From: Eledone cirrhosa
Taxonomy: Eukaryota
Reading direction: 5' to 3'
NCBI GenBank assembly: GCA_964016885.1
Contig: OZ024760.1
Span: forward strand, 4,464,001 to 4,528,000
DNA length: 64,000 bases
Shown piece after piece: positions 26,592-38,790 of this stretch. The notes beneath the pieces are model-generated. The model did not search any database. It was not told where the DNA came from and saw only the letters and a list, made by a program, of their open reading frames with translations. The position numbers were made by a program, and so were the translations under genes. The first letter of the stretch is position 1; each line of letters starts with the position of its first letter.

Positions 26592-26631
26592 GATCAGAAG
26601 GCTACGTGTTCGAATCACGTCGGGGTCACCA
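26592..26631 (-). other. Primer-binding site complementary to the 3' half of tRNA-Trp (40 nt)
   Basis: The plus strand reads GATCAGAAGGCTACGTGTTCGAATCACGTCGGGGTCACCA, matching eukaryotic tRNA-Trp(CCA) positions 37-76 including the CCA end. It lies 2 nt from the 5' LTR end. Confidence 0.9.
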
Positions 26632-27387
26632 GTTGTAACGGAATATTATGTGTGGTTGTAACGATAAGTGGATGGATGGATGTAACTGTTGGTATGGTGG
26701 TTTCGATGTAAAGAAAAATACCAGGTTTGTGTTGTTACAAAGTTTATTTTATAACAATATTCAATTTGAACATTGAATGATAAAATCAATAACAGTGGCT
26801 CTTCGAGCCACGTAAATTCAAGTATCACAGAATACGATTATAATATAATTTGTACTGTATCAGAAAGGTACAATATGTGTAAACAGAAATGAATGGTGCG
26901 TGTAAAAACACTGAACTCACTATGAATGCGTGTGTGCGTATCAGTATATTTACTTATTTGTATTGCAGGAGTCAGCGATCAGCGAGGAAGGTGAGAATAA
27001 GTGGCAGACTGGTTTTTCGTGACGAGAGTTTGTAAATGCGACTTGTCTTGTCTGTATATCACTTCTTTTCTCTCGAGGCGTAAACAACCCCTGTATTTAT
27101 AAGAGTCAAAGTTAGAAGGATAGATATATCCTCTGAACTTTGGTTAGCTCCCAAGGGATTAGTTTGCCAAGCGTAAACAAGTCAGAAAGATGGATATATC
27201 CTCTGACCTATTTTTTGTCAGGCGTAAACACCTCTGACCTGTGTTTAGCCTCTCCCAAGGGGTTTGTCTCTTGAGCGTAAACAAGTTACCACGACTTGTC
27301 CCAGAGGTGGGAAAGCTCAGATTCGGTTTCGAATCTTCGCCGCCGTTATAGACATATTCGCTATTTTTAGGGGTGAGTGATATAAAG

Positions 27388-27681
27388 CAGTGGTCTCCAA
27401 CCTTTTTTATACCACGGACCGGCTTCTTGCCGGAAAATCTTTCCGCGGACCGGTTGTTGTACATGTGTTATTTAAGTGCATTTCGATAAAGAGATCAATA
27501 ATAAAAAGAACAATTTATTAAAGGGAAGAAAAAGTGTATAATCTTGATTCACATGTAAATCATTTTAAATCAAAGTCTAATATTCAACTTATTTATTATA
27601 TAATTTCAAACAAGTTAATTATTTCTTTGAGGCCCGGTAGCAAATGATTCACCGACCGGTGCCGGTGGTTGGGGACATCTG
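27388..27681. mobile_element. hAT (Charlie-like) MITE
   Basis: TIRs CAGTGGTCTCCAACC / GGTTGGGGACATCTG with a perfect 8-bp TSD ATATAAAG. Confidence 0.85.
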
Positions 27682-27959
27682 ATATAAAGAATTAAGGTGG
27701 CGAATTGACAGAGTCGTTAGAACGTCGAATAGAATGCTTGGCGATATTAGTTTCGACCTTTTGAGTTCAAATCCCGCCGAGGTCAACTTAGCCTTTCATC
27801 CATTCAAGGTCGATAAAAAAAAAAAAAATCTATCATTAATCCAAGATATTCTGGATTATCCGACATCTAGAACTATGACTGAAGGTACCCTTTCCTATAT
27901 TAATCCTTTTGTTGCCAAACCGTCCTGGGTTCTACCTATTTGTTTTAAGTATATATCTT

Positions 27960-28420
27960 AAGTATGGTCATTTAGTAACCAAGGTAGAGATGATCCTCTT
28001 CTGAGTATCGATGCCTCCCAGCTGGGCATCAATACGAGAAGCGAGGTGGTTGGTCCACTCCTAGAGGCTTGACTGCGGATGCGTAAAATGTTTCTTATTT
28101 GAGGTGGTTGATCACACGTGCAGAAAAGAAGTGGTTCCTAAGACTAGGTTGTGTCATCGGGTAGTCCTGCTAAGTGCCTCTCCGAACAGTGCATTGCCGC
28201 AGATGGGACACCTAGTATACTGTAATTTATCGAACTCATTTAGCATTTTAAAAGCTTGTATGATGTCCGTCTTGTCTCCTATACTCCAGCGTCGGGAGTC
28301 CCAAAGCCTGAAGACGTTCATTGTAGGGCAGCGAAGAGAGCCTCTGGACGAGGCGTGTTTATATTTATCTAAATAACCTTAAATGCGGGCCAACATTATT
28401 TTGACCAGCAATTTTATGTC
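27960..28420 (-). mobile_element. Degenerate CR1/L2-type LINE 3' fragment
   Basis: The reverse strand encodes ALGLPTLEYRR...DIIQAFKMLN...FFCTRVINH, resembling the CR1-group ORF2 C-terminus. Confidence 0.5.
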
Positions 28421-28668
28421 CGTTTTTCGTGGTGAGATGGATTTGACGAATTTGTTGTTTTTAAAGTAGAATGCCGTTCCTCACTTTTTTGTCTTTCTTT
28501 CAAAATAAGGTATGTAACTTGGAACATCTAATTGCTTAGCAGTAGGGTGTTTACTTGGAACGTAAACAATTATCAGTACCTGCACTGTCGAGTATATAAA
28601 GATGAGACATACACAATGGACTTTCTTATTGTTTCTGACTACCACATGGTAAAGCAAACGCCATACCC

Positions 28669-28705
<37 letters not shown>

Positions 28706-28774
28706 GAAGAGAATTGTTTTGGTAAAAACAGGAGCAAGCTCTCAACATTAGTTACGATGGAGATTTAGTATAAT

Positions 28775-29011
28775 CAGGGGTACCCAACCCCCGGCCCGCG
28801 AGGGTTCTAAAAAGGGTACAGTTTGCAATAAATTCGCACTCGATCTATCGATGTTGCCGAATAAAACAATGTTTAAATGTATTTTTCTGCTTGGGACAGC
28901 TCTCAGTATCAATATTGAATTTTGTTTCAAAATCTAATATAAGGGATAAATAAATGATTACTTATTTGTATATAAGTAGTATTAATTACGGATCCGGCCC
29001 GCGGACCCCTG
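28775..29011. mobile_element. hAT MITE
   Basis: CAGGGGT...ACCCCTG termini, subterminal CCGGCCCGCG motifs and an 8-bp TSD AGTATAAT. Confidence 0.8.
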
Positions 29012-29247
29012 AGTATAATAATAACATTAATAAAGATGTTGATGTTACATATGTCTGCTGGACGCACGAGCAGAAGGATGTTTTTTTTTTTCCTGTCGGC
29101 AGCATATCACAAAATCGAATTTCATCTGAGGATACCGTTCTCATAACAACAACAAATGCATGAATCACATCTTGATTGCATGGGAGAACCGTTGGAATAA
29201 TTATAATGAATAAACGATTTATGTAACATCAGCATCTTTATTAACGT

Positions 29248-29288
<41 letters not shown>

Positions 29289-30154
29289 CACACACATATG
29301 CATTCGTGAGTGAATATTATTAATATTCGATTCGTTTGCAAGCAAACAGCCTCATCATGGCACTATGAGGCTGCTTGCTTGCAAACGAATCGAATATTAA
29401 TAATATTCTCCCACGAATACATTTACGTTAGAGCGAAAACAAATTTTGTTTATATATATATGAGAGAGAGAGAGAGAACTAACACCACTCCTCTTTTAGT
29501 CAGCCTGTGTATCCTTCACCCACCCTCATTATATACCTCGTTTTAGTATTGTTTTGTTTGCAATTTTTTTTTCATCTGAAAACGTGTGTTGAAACAAATA
29601 TTATTTTACTTTGGGAGGGTCATGCTGCCAGTAAGTAACAACAGAAGTAGTCACTGAGGAAGTCACAGAATGTGTAACGAAAGTTTTGATAATCAAATAT
29701 ACAACCATTCGGTCATTAAAGTAACTAATCAGAAAATTACAATAGTAAATTGAAGTGAAACCCAAAAGGTGCATGTGATTTTATTGGCAGCACGACAAAG
29801 TGAAGCTAGTGGTTGTTATGAAAGAGGATGATAAACATGACAAATACAATAATTTTGGTTAGATATATAACTTTACTTCACTTCAGTAAAAAAGAAAAAA
29901 ATGTTTATTATGCAACTTTAGATTATTAAGTGACAAGTTGTTTCAAGATGTAAATACCAGCATAAGTAGTAGTAGTAGTAAGCTCGCAGTTCAAGGGAGC
30001 TGTGTTGTCTGTATCAAGAGGCAGATGATTCTGTGTATGGTTGAAGTGCCAATGGAAGAACTGCTGTTGGGCCCTTGTTGACAGGGGCATAGTATTTTGC
30101 TAAGTGTTACATCTCGCTACTTGCTTGAGCAGGTCAAAGTGATGCTTATCTCAC

Positions 30155-30345
30155 TTCACCTCAAGCTGGCCAGCCACTCGAGACTCACCTCAAGCTAGCT
30201 AGCCAGCCACTCTAGACTCACCTCAAGCTGGCCAGCCACTCGAGACTCACCTCAAGCTAGCTAGCCAGCCACTCTAGACTCACCTCAAGCTAGCTAGCCA
30301 GCCACTCTAGACTCACCTCAAGCTGGCCAGCCAGCCACTCCAGAC
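30155..30345. repeat. Minisatellite, about 27-35-bp unit
   Basis: Repeats of CACTC(T)(G/A)GACTCACCTCAAGCT(AGCT)(G/A)GCCAGC. Confidence 0.85.
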
Positions 30346-31734
30346 CACTGACACCAACTGAGATAAAGAGAAATAGCAGCTAGATGTCATTCGGGGTGGG
30401 GGGGTCAGTTTGTGCCAATCTTATATTCAAAACAACTATTTCATCTGATGAACGAGTTAGACGTTTCTGTAAAGATCATCTAGTTTCTTGAAACCTTTGG
30501 TAACAGAATAATTATATTGTGTTGTTTATTATGTAATTAAATAGAGCATAGAGCACTCTTCATTCTTTTATACGGAAATACTTACACACACACACACACA
30601 CACATATATATAATGCACATAGCTGAGAAGTTAGAGAATTGTATTCACAATCGTGAGGTTGTGAGTTCGATTCCCGGGCCAGGTGATGCATTATGTCCTT
30701 GAGCAAGACATTTTATTTCACGTTGCTCCTGCCTGGATTTGTGACCGATAGATAGAATTAGCAATTGGAAAGACCAATGGAAACATTTGATGAGCTCCAC
30801 CCCACTCATTAAGTGAACGAGGTCTGGGATCTTGTCGATATATATATATATATAGATATGATTTGCTGTTACATAAGACACCTGAAGAGCCACAAATCTA
30901 AAGTATTTTTTCTTTCAAATTACAGATTGACTTAATATAGTGTATATATGATATTGACGGTGATGGATAGGCAGTATCAGCAAAACTTTGGACAAAATGC
31001 TTTGTGGTATTTAGTGATGATTTTCTACATTGTTAGTTCAAATCCCACCAAGGTCAAATTTCGGCCATTACCCAAGGTTTATGACCATAGGTAAGGGTTG
31101 GCACGAAAACCAAATTCAAAACATCATATATAAAAAATAAAAATAAAAAGTATGGAAAGTGTTCATATCTTTTTTATTATTCTGTTGATTTATGTACATT
31201 TACAGTTTCAGAAAACAAAGTGGAAGGGGCCAAAGGTTTTGGGGGACTTTTGCTCTTATATGAAAAAAAAAAAAAGAATAATAATAATTAAAAAAAATAT
31301 ATTTTTTTTTAATCAGTTAAGGTCAGGAGAAAAAAAAAAAAAGAATTAAATAAAAATACTTTTATGAAAAAAGTCGAGAAAAGAAAACAGAATTGGGAGG
31401 GTGAAAGTAAAAAAAGGAAAAAAAAAAGAACCCTTTTTTTCTTGAAATATTAAATTCCGCATTCTTACAGTAAATGTGAGAAAATCCAACAGTCTCTCCA
31501 ACTAATGCCCTCCACCCCGCCCCCAAAAACACAAGAAGTTTAAGTGGGGAATGAAGTCGCCAGGTGCCAGTGGAGATGGGCAGTTGACGGACACAGAAGA
31601 GGCTGGACATGCCAACACGAAATGCAGAAAACTTAGGGGATTGCAATAGTAAATGCAGAGACGTGATAGACAAAGTATAGAGAAGAGAAGAGAGATAGAT
31701 AGATAGATAGAAAAATGGTGGTGGGAAGTATTTC

Positions 31735-34700
31735 TCAAACACCTTCCCCTCTGGAGGGTTCATCAAAATTTTCCACAAGATCTGAAAGAGAGAAACAAAT
31801 AAGTATCAAATTCAATGTCCTGTTGCATACAAAACAGCCCTATGACTGCATCACTTTAGCATTTACATTACTCTATATTTACTATATTTTCATGGTAAAG
31901 GCTTTACTTCACTTAATATCTCACTAAGAGGAGAGAATTCTGGCCAGATACGGCCGGTTTATATGCTAAAGGGTTAAAAAATTGAAGTTTACTGCAAACT
32001 TTCACAACAATCTATCAACCAGTAAAGATACTATAGACATCTTACTCTAGTTTACTACACATTTTCACAACAATCTGTCCACTAATAAAGGCACTAACTA
32101 CAATCATTTGAATTACAAACACATTTGTTAAATATCTATTAAATCATTGTATGTATGAACCCGTAACCCCGATGGAGCTATAGGACTGCTGTAGTGACAT
32201 ATGGCATGTCTTGGTCACTTAAAACCCGATAGAGTCCACCTCCCACTCCAGGTCTAAACACAGCTGATTTCTTCCAGAGAAGGAGTGAAAGGAAGAATGA
32301 TAGAGAGGAAGTGAGAAAGAGATAAACAGGAAGAATTAACCTAGGACTGTTTTACAGAGTGTATGTGACCCCAGAATGTAAAGTCCTCTCAAACCTTACA
32401 TGGTCTCCAATTGCCAATGGCAATTCTGATAAGGTACAATCATGTTGGCAAAGCTTTAACAAATCTGAATTAAATGTAGCAATATCAATCAAGTTTTCAT
32501 AACTATTGCAGCCAGCCATTGACGGATCCACTCAAGATGTTCGACCCTGTATTAGAAATGCCTGGCAGCACTCAGTTCCTCACCAAGCTTAACCCTTTAG
32601 CATTCACATTACTCTATATATACTAGTGTATTTTCACAGTAAAGGCTTTATCTTACATAATATTGAATCTATGAGATTTTTATATATCTATTTTGAGTGG
32701 CCAGTTTGAACAGAACGAGGGGAGAAAATTCTGGCCGGATTAAATGCTAAAGGGTTAATTAGCTGTATTATAGTCTTATTTTCATATTGAAGAAAAATCC
32801 ACATGGATGGACATGTACTCACAATCCCAGTGAACAAAGAACAGTAGTTGCCCTACTGAGCCATGGTTCCTTAAAACAGTAACATGTGTGTTCACGTATA
32901 TAAGGATTTCTAATTTAGGCACAAGACCAGCAATTTAGGTGGGAAAGTCGATTATAGGCAAAGTTGACCGTAGTAGGATTTGAAACCAGAACACAGGTAC
33001 TGACTTTGCTAACCCAGCGCCCTTGTTTTGATGTAAATAATGTTTTCTGATTTATGCACAAGGACAACAACCTTATTTTAAAAAAAAAGAAAAAAAAGGG
33101 GGGGGGGTGTCAACTTAATTGACCCCCAGTGCATTACTTTATCGATCGTGAAAAAGGAAAGGCAAAGCTAGCGCTAGCGGAATTTGAACTCAGAATGCAA
33201 AGGGATGTAATTATATGACAAAGTATGTTGACAGATGCTCTACCGATTCTGCCAACCCACCTCCCTTGTGATGTAAATAATGGAAAGTGTACTGTACCAG
33301 GAACTTCATCATCATCAGCATCAATGTCTTCTGTAGAAGGTTTGCTGGTGTCTCCTTCTGCTGTAAAAGACAACCACATAGAATTAGACTAACCATGCAG
33401 ACGTACAATATTGGATAGAGAAAACGAAGCAACAAGATGAATCACCATAGAAATCCAAGAGCTGAGAGTTAAACATCTTTTAATAAATATTGTTGTGTAA
33501 TATATTTTAACCCTTTCAACACCTAACCACCCTTGAATCTGTGATTCAAAACTGTGTCCTTTAACACTTTACCACTTATATTCCTCTATATTTACTATTA
33601 TATTTTCGTGGTATAGGCTTTATCTCACATAATATTGAATCTACGAGATTTTGATATTTATTTTGAGAACAATGCCTTAACATAAGTATGAACAGCTGGT
33701 TTGAATAGAAAAGGTGAGAAAATTCTGGCAGGACAGAGCCAAATATTCAAATACATATTCTTAACCCATAGCTGATATTACCAGTTAGTGGTTTGACCCT
33801 TTAGCATTTAAACTGGCCAGAATTCCCCCACCTCTTTCTGTTCAAACTGGCTATAATCAGCCACTCATACTGTTAAAGTATTGTTCGCAAAATAAATGAT
33901 ATCAAAATCCCATAGATTTGATGTTATGTGAGATAAAGCCCCTACCACAAAAATTCAATAGTAAATATAGAGTAATGTAAATGTTAAAGTGTTAAAACCA
34001 GCAATCACTGATTTCATGAATTGTTTCCAAAGGTTTCAATTCGTTTTAACCCTTTTAATCGCTAGGCACAAGGCCAAGAATGTTTTGGGGAAGTCAATTA
34101 AATTGACTACAGGGCGTTATTTGTACTTTATTTTACTGATCCATTAAAAATGAAAGGCATAATAATAATACCATATTTCCCGGCGACGAAGACGCTACTG
34201 TTTTCCTAAAATAAGTCTCAAAAATCTACCATGCGCCCCGGAGGCCGAAAGTTGCTTTTTACCGCCTAATTTTTGGTTGTCCAAATTAGGATGCGTCCTC
34301 AAGGTTGAAGCGTCTTCGGCACTGGGAAATACGGTAATTAAAATAATAACAAAACTTACCTCCAGCTACACTGCTAGCCAACTTCTTTAAATTACTAAAA
34401 CTTTCTGCACCCAGCTGATTCAAGATTCCAGGTAACATTTCAGCAATTTCTACAAACATTCAAAGTTAATACAGTATAAACATATTAGTTAACCCTTTAG
34501 CATTCACATTGAATTGTCAAATGTCATGTTCATCTATTCGCATTATTTTCACTTAATTATACTCAAGAGGGTTATCAATTTTATTTGTTTGTAATTATTT
34601 TAATTTTCTATGTGCAGACTTGAAATTTTGTCAGTAGATGTTTAAATAACTATAATTTACAATTATATATTTTTACCTGATTTTTTTTTGTTAAATTTGA

Positions 34701-37700
34701 CTTTTATGGGCAAGTGAAATTAATTAACAGGTGTAAAAGTAATAACTTTATGGATAAACACAAAAATTTAAACTTTATCTGCCTTATCTGTTAGATTTGT
34801 TGCAAAAAAATCCAATAATGACCTAGATGCTGATTTCCATCAATTCTAGCAGTTTTCTGAACAGGTGAATTAATTAAAAATGCAGGTGTAATCAGTACAC
34901 GGTTTTAGTCTTTCTCTACATTCCAGGCAAATATTTTCATTGAAAAAAAATGTATAAAACCTTTTCACCGGTCAAAATAATATTGGCAATGTACTCTGTA
35001 AATTGTACGGTGTAAAATTACGTAATAGAAAGTTCCCAATATATAAGTTTATACACACTTTTAAATTTTTCTGACAATATTTCAATTAATGGTCGTACTT
35101 TGATTCATTTCTACCAGGGGCATTTGAAGTATCAACCAGATGCAAATACTGGTTTAATTTAATGAATCTCGTTTTTGCCATAATACTAGATATATAAGGG
35201 TCACCAAACCTTATATCAGTACTCCAATAATTCCACAGTCGTGGAAATTGTTTAATACCAAACATAATATTTATGGTAAAAAACGCTTTCATTTCGGCAG
35301 AATCTGTCGGACAACATAACAGATCGGGTTTTCCGATATTAGAAATTTGTTGTTGTGCATAGCGATTTGCCACAACTTCGAAGAAAGATTGTGGTAAAAA
35401 TAAAAAATAATAATCCAGTGCTTTAGTATCGGGTGGTAATGTGTGTTGTGGTCCAATATTTTCAGTAAAATCCGAAACATGTATCGATGTTTCTTTCAAC
35501 CACGTTGCTATTTTTTCAATGGTGTCAGTCAAATCTTCTCTTTCACTTTCAAAGTAACTATCATCATTATCAGATATATCAGAAATAAATATATCTGATT
35601 CGTTTGAAGATAAATCACTGATATTATCTTCTGTTTCTTTTTGATCTCGAATGTCGTCGGACGTAAAACCTTCAAATTCGTTGTCGCTACTTTCGGAAGC
35701 CATGTTACACTTTCAACGTTAAAAACACGTGTTATCGCAAGTTCTTTAACTATACTAAGAGTTAATTTTCGCGCGTAAGGGCTTTATCTCGCAGTAATCT
35801 CGAATTGACGAGATTTCGATGATGTCAATGTTTATTTTTAGAAGGAAATCTCCGTGTGGTATTAAATGTCGGTTTGAATAAATGAAAGGGGACATAATTT
35901 TGTCGGTTTTTGTCGCTTTGAACGCTAAAGGGTTAAACAAATGTAACATGTAGCAGTGGCAGCCAATGTATACCATGCAGTAGTGACAACTATCCACAAA
36001 ACACAAGTGCATGGCTGTGTAGTTAAAGAGTTTGCTAAAAACAAAAACCTTCCCTATGTTATGTTCCAAACACCAACTTAATACTGAGAAATCATATCAC
36101 TATCCCCTATAACAGCAACCACTAGGTTTTTATAATAGAATGGAATAGCCTGGTGATAATTTGACCAAAGTAAATAATAGTAAGAAAGCTAGTTATGTTA
36201 CTAAACCCCTCCAAATTTTTCATTCATTTTGAAAATGATTTGCAAATTGAAGGCAGTTTCTGTCATAAATATGACAATGAAAAGCTGAGTGGAAAATCTG
36301 CCTGTTGAACCAAAGAAATATTTAATATATTCTTTTACTAGATTCAGCCATTCAATTGCAGTCATGCTGTGGCACCATCTTGATTTAGTTGATCTTATCG
36401 GGTCCCCTATACTTATTTTAACAATCTCTTTTGTGTTTGTGTTAAACTGCTAAGCTGTGAGACATACATGCAGACAGATACAAATGTATATACACCCTTT
36501 GAGCTTCTTCATTTTTCACCTACCAAATTCCATGCACAATACAGAAGACCTGCCTTCCCATGAGCTGAAGCTGAAGCATACATCTAGTGAAGTCTCCAGC
36601 CCACACTGTAAAATGGTCGTGTAAGAGTCACGACAAAAAGCACCCAGCACACAATAGGACAACTCGTCTAACCCATGCTAGCGTGGAAAAATGGACGTTA
36701 AACAGTGATGACAAAGGTATTAATCAACCTGAGGCTATAGTAGAAGATACTTGCCCAAGATGCGATATAGTGGGATCAAACCCAGAAAAAGGTGGTTGCA
36801 AAGTGAACTCTTTAACCTCACAACCATCTATATATAAATTTCTGCGATTCTGTCACAACAGATAAAGCGAGGAGTACTTTGACTACCCAATACTACTCCT
36901 CTCGCTTTACGTCTGCTGCCTGCATGAATGTGTGTTTGTGTGAATGTATGTGTGTGAGTGTGTATTTTTGTAGTGTGTCTGTGTTTGCATGTTTATATTT
37001 ATATACTTATACACTGTAAACATGATTGGTGCTAGGAAGGGCCTCCAGCAGTAAAATACCTAGCCAAATTTACAGTTCTCACCAGAGCAAGGTGCGACAC
37101 ATGGCCAATGCCGGCCAGATTTTCCTCCATCTATGGACGACACATTTAACCCATGCAAGCATGGAAAAATTAATGATACATATAAATGTATGTATATGCA
37201 CATAAGCACATGGAAAAAAATTCCAGTACCCACATTTCTCATCCATACACACAGAGCAAATGAAGAATAACAGCTAACAAGTGTCTACTTACGCCTTGTC
37301 TCCGCATGACCAGTAATGGCAAAAGTGTTAGCGGTCAAGGATGCCTGTACTTTGGGGTTGTTAAAATGAATAACTTGACCATCGTCTTTGATCATGTTCA
37401 CCTCCTCAATACCGGAAATGTTACTGACTGTTAACTTTTTCAGTGAACCCTGCAACTTCTTGTCGTCAGTGGTTGCAGTGCGGTGAACTACCTTCTTTTT
37501 CCTTCTAGCTGTACCCTGACAATAGAAACAAACACAATTAGAACAAAATTAACTGGGATTATTTTACAAACTGTACTTACAACCATTGAAAAACAACATT
37601 ATTATTATGGTGGATTGGCAGCTTTGCAGCTTAGTTACGGCCCTTTACAGTCTGAGTTCAAATCCCACCGAGGTTAACTTTGCCTTTCATCCTTACGGGG

Positions 37701-38161
37701 TCGATAAAATAAAGTACCAGTAATGGACCGGGGAAATTACTGACCTTGTGCCAAAAGTAGAAACAACTACTATGATAATTGTTTCTACTTTTGGCACAAG
37801 GCCAGCAATTACCCAGTGCATTACTGGTATGATAATGGTGTTCAAATCCCATCAAACTTATATATTAATCTAAAAACCTTCCATCGTAATATTATGTAAG
37901 AACCTTTGTTAAGTTATATTTCAAACACCAATTTAGTAATGGGAAAGTTAACTAATCACTAAATTCTCAGATTCTTGATAATTATTTTAAAAATTATTTG
38001 AAAATTATAAGCAGTGTCTTTTATTAGAAATATAGGAGCCATTATATCAGTGCAACCATCTTATGAGGATTAAATGTGAAAGAATTCAATATGCTTACCT
38101 TACCACCAATACGGATATCTTTCACCTGATTCTGAAGTTGTCGTAACTTTTCGGCATTCAT
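31735..38161 (-). CDS. BTF3: Transcription factor BTF3 / nascent polypeptide-associated complex subunit beta (about 161 aa)
   Basis: Minus-strand exons: 38161-38099 ([21 protein letters not shown]), 37515-37293 ([74 protein letters not shown]), 34449-34360 ([30 protein letters not shown]), 33360-33298 ([21 protein letters not shown]), 31781-31735 ([15 protein letters not shown]). Phases are consistent. RRKKK ribosome anchor, NAC domain and [13 protein letters not shown] tail are present. An acceptor at 38196-38198 implies an upstream non-coding exon. Confidence 0.97.
34171..34334. mobile_element. TcMar (Tc2/Tigger-like) MITE
   Basis: TA-flanked TIRs CCATATTTCCCGG / CTGGGAAATACGG with internal GAAGACGC/GCGTCTTC inverted motifs. 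Confidence 0.7.
34493..35932 (-). mobile_element. Internally deleted piggyBac transposon in a BTF3 intron
   Basis: TTAA on both sides (34489-34492, 35933-35936). TIRs CCCTTTAGCATTCA / TGAACGCTAAAGGG. ORF 35703-35086 has an acidic N-terminus and [28 protein letters not shown] and RF..LNQYLHL (PGBD transposase N-terminal region), truncated before the DDD core. Confidence 0.9.
35086..35703 (-). pseudogene. Truncated piggyBac transposase N-terminus (PGBD4-like)
   Basis: 205-aa ORF with piggyBac motifs that stops before the catalytic domain. Confidence 0.8.
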
Positions 38162-38606
38162 GTTTTGTTCTAATTTATATTTATAAATATAAAACCTGGA
38201 AATAAAGAAGAGAAGGTCAATAGTATTTCATAGAAATCCAAATGGTGTATATAACTGCAACATAGCACTGGCAAAGAGGGTGAGAGATAGAGAGGAGACA
38301 AAAAGAATTTATTTATATATATGTATAAGAATAATATTAAGAAAGATGCTGATGCTCCATAAATCGATTACCCATAATTATTTCAATGGTTCTCTTATGC
38401 AATCCATGATGTAACTTATGCATTTGTTGTTTTTATGAGAACATACCTTTAAATGAAAACCCGATTTTGTGATATGCCGCAGGCGAGAGAGAGCACTGTG
38501 AATGGATAGTGGTACATGTTTAGAAAGTAACATAACCCTTTAGCATTTACATTACTCTATATTTACTATATTTTTCATGGTAAAGGATTTACCTTACATA
38601 ATATTG

Positions 38607-38790
38607 TTTCCACTTTAGGCACAAGGCCAGCAATTACCCAGTGCATTACTGGTACTTTATTTTATCGACCCCATAAGGATGAAAGGCAAAGTCAACCTCG
38701 GCAGGATTTGAACTCAGATCGTAAAGGGACGTAACTATGCTGGAAAGCATGGCGTCCGACCCTCTACCGATACTGCCAATCCATCGCCCT
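38607..38790 (-). mobile_element. tRNA-derived SINE (representative of the most abundant family in the window)
   Basis: A box TGGCAGTATCGG, B box GTTCAAATCC, central GCCTTTCATCCTTA.GGGGTCGATAAAATAAAGTACCAG and tail GCTGGCCTTGTGCC.AAAGTAGAAAC. A 13-bp TSD TTACATAATATTG places it inside a piggyBac MITE. Further copies near 4400, 11110, 13400-14050, 19670, 21089, 27695, 33130, 37610, 47910 and 52570-52970. Confidence 0.85.

Larger units (their letters stand above)
20964..27350 (-). mobile_element. Full-length Ty3/Gypsy LTR retrotransposon, CsRn1-like clade, mutated copy
   Basis: 5' LTR 27350-26634 and 3' LTR 22239-20964. 4-bp TSD GACA (20960-20963 and 27351-27354). tRNA-Trp PBS at 26631-26592. 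Polypurine tract GGAAGGGGG before the 3' LTR (about 22243-22251). Gag has the CHCC motif [18 protein letters not shown]. Domain order PR-RT-RH-IN. Confidence 0.95.

Noticed and set aside
23517-26593. Plus-strand ORFs of 60-180 aa opposite gag-pol
   Set aside because: Antisense shadows of GC-balanced coding sequence with no recognisable domains.
26592-26631. tRNA-Trp gene
   Set aside because: Only the 3' half is present, it includes the post-transcriptional CCA, and it abuts an LTR, so it is a PBS.
35086-35703. Domesticated piggyBac gene or BTF3-transposase fusion
   Set aside because: Same orientation as BTF3, but the ORF is truncated before the catalytic core and has internal deletions, and no supported splice acceptor into it was found.
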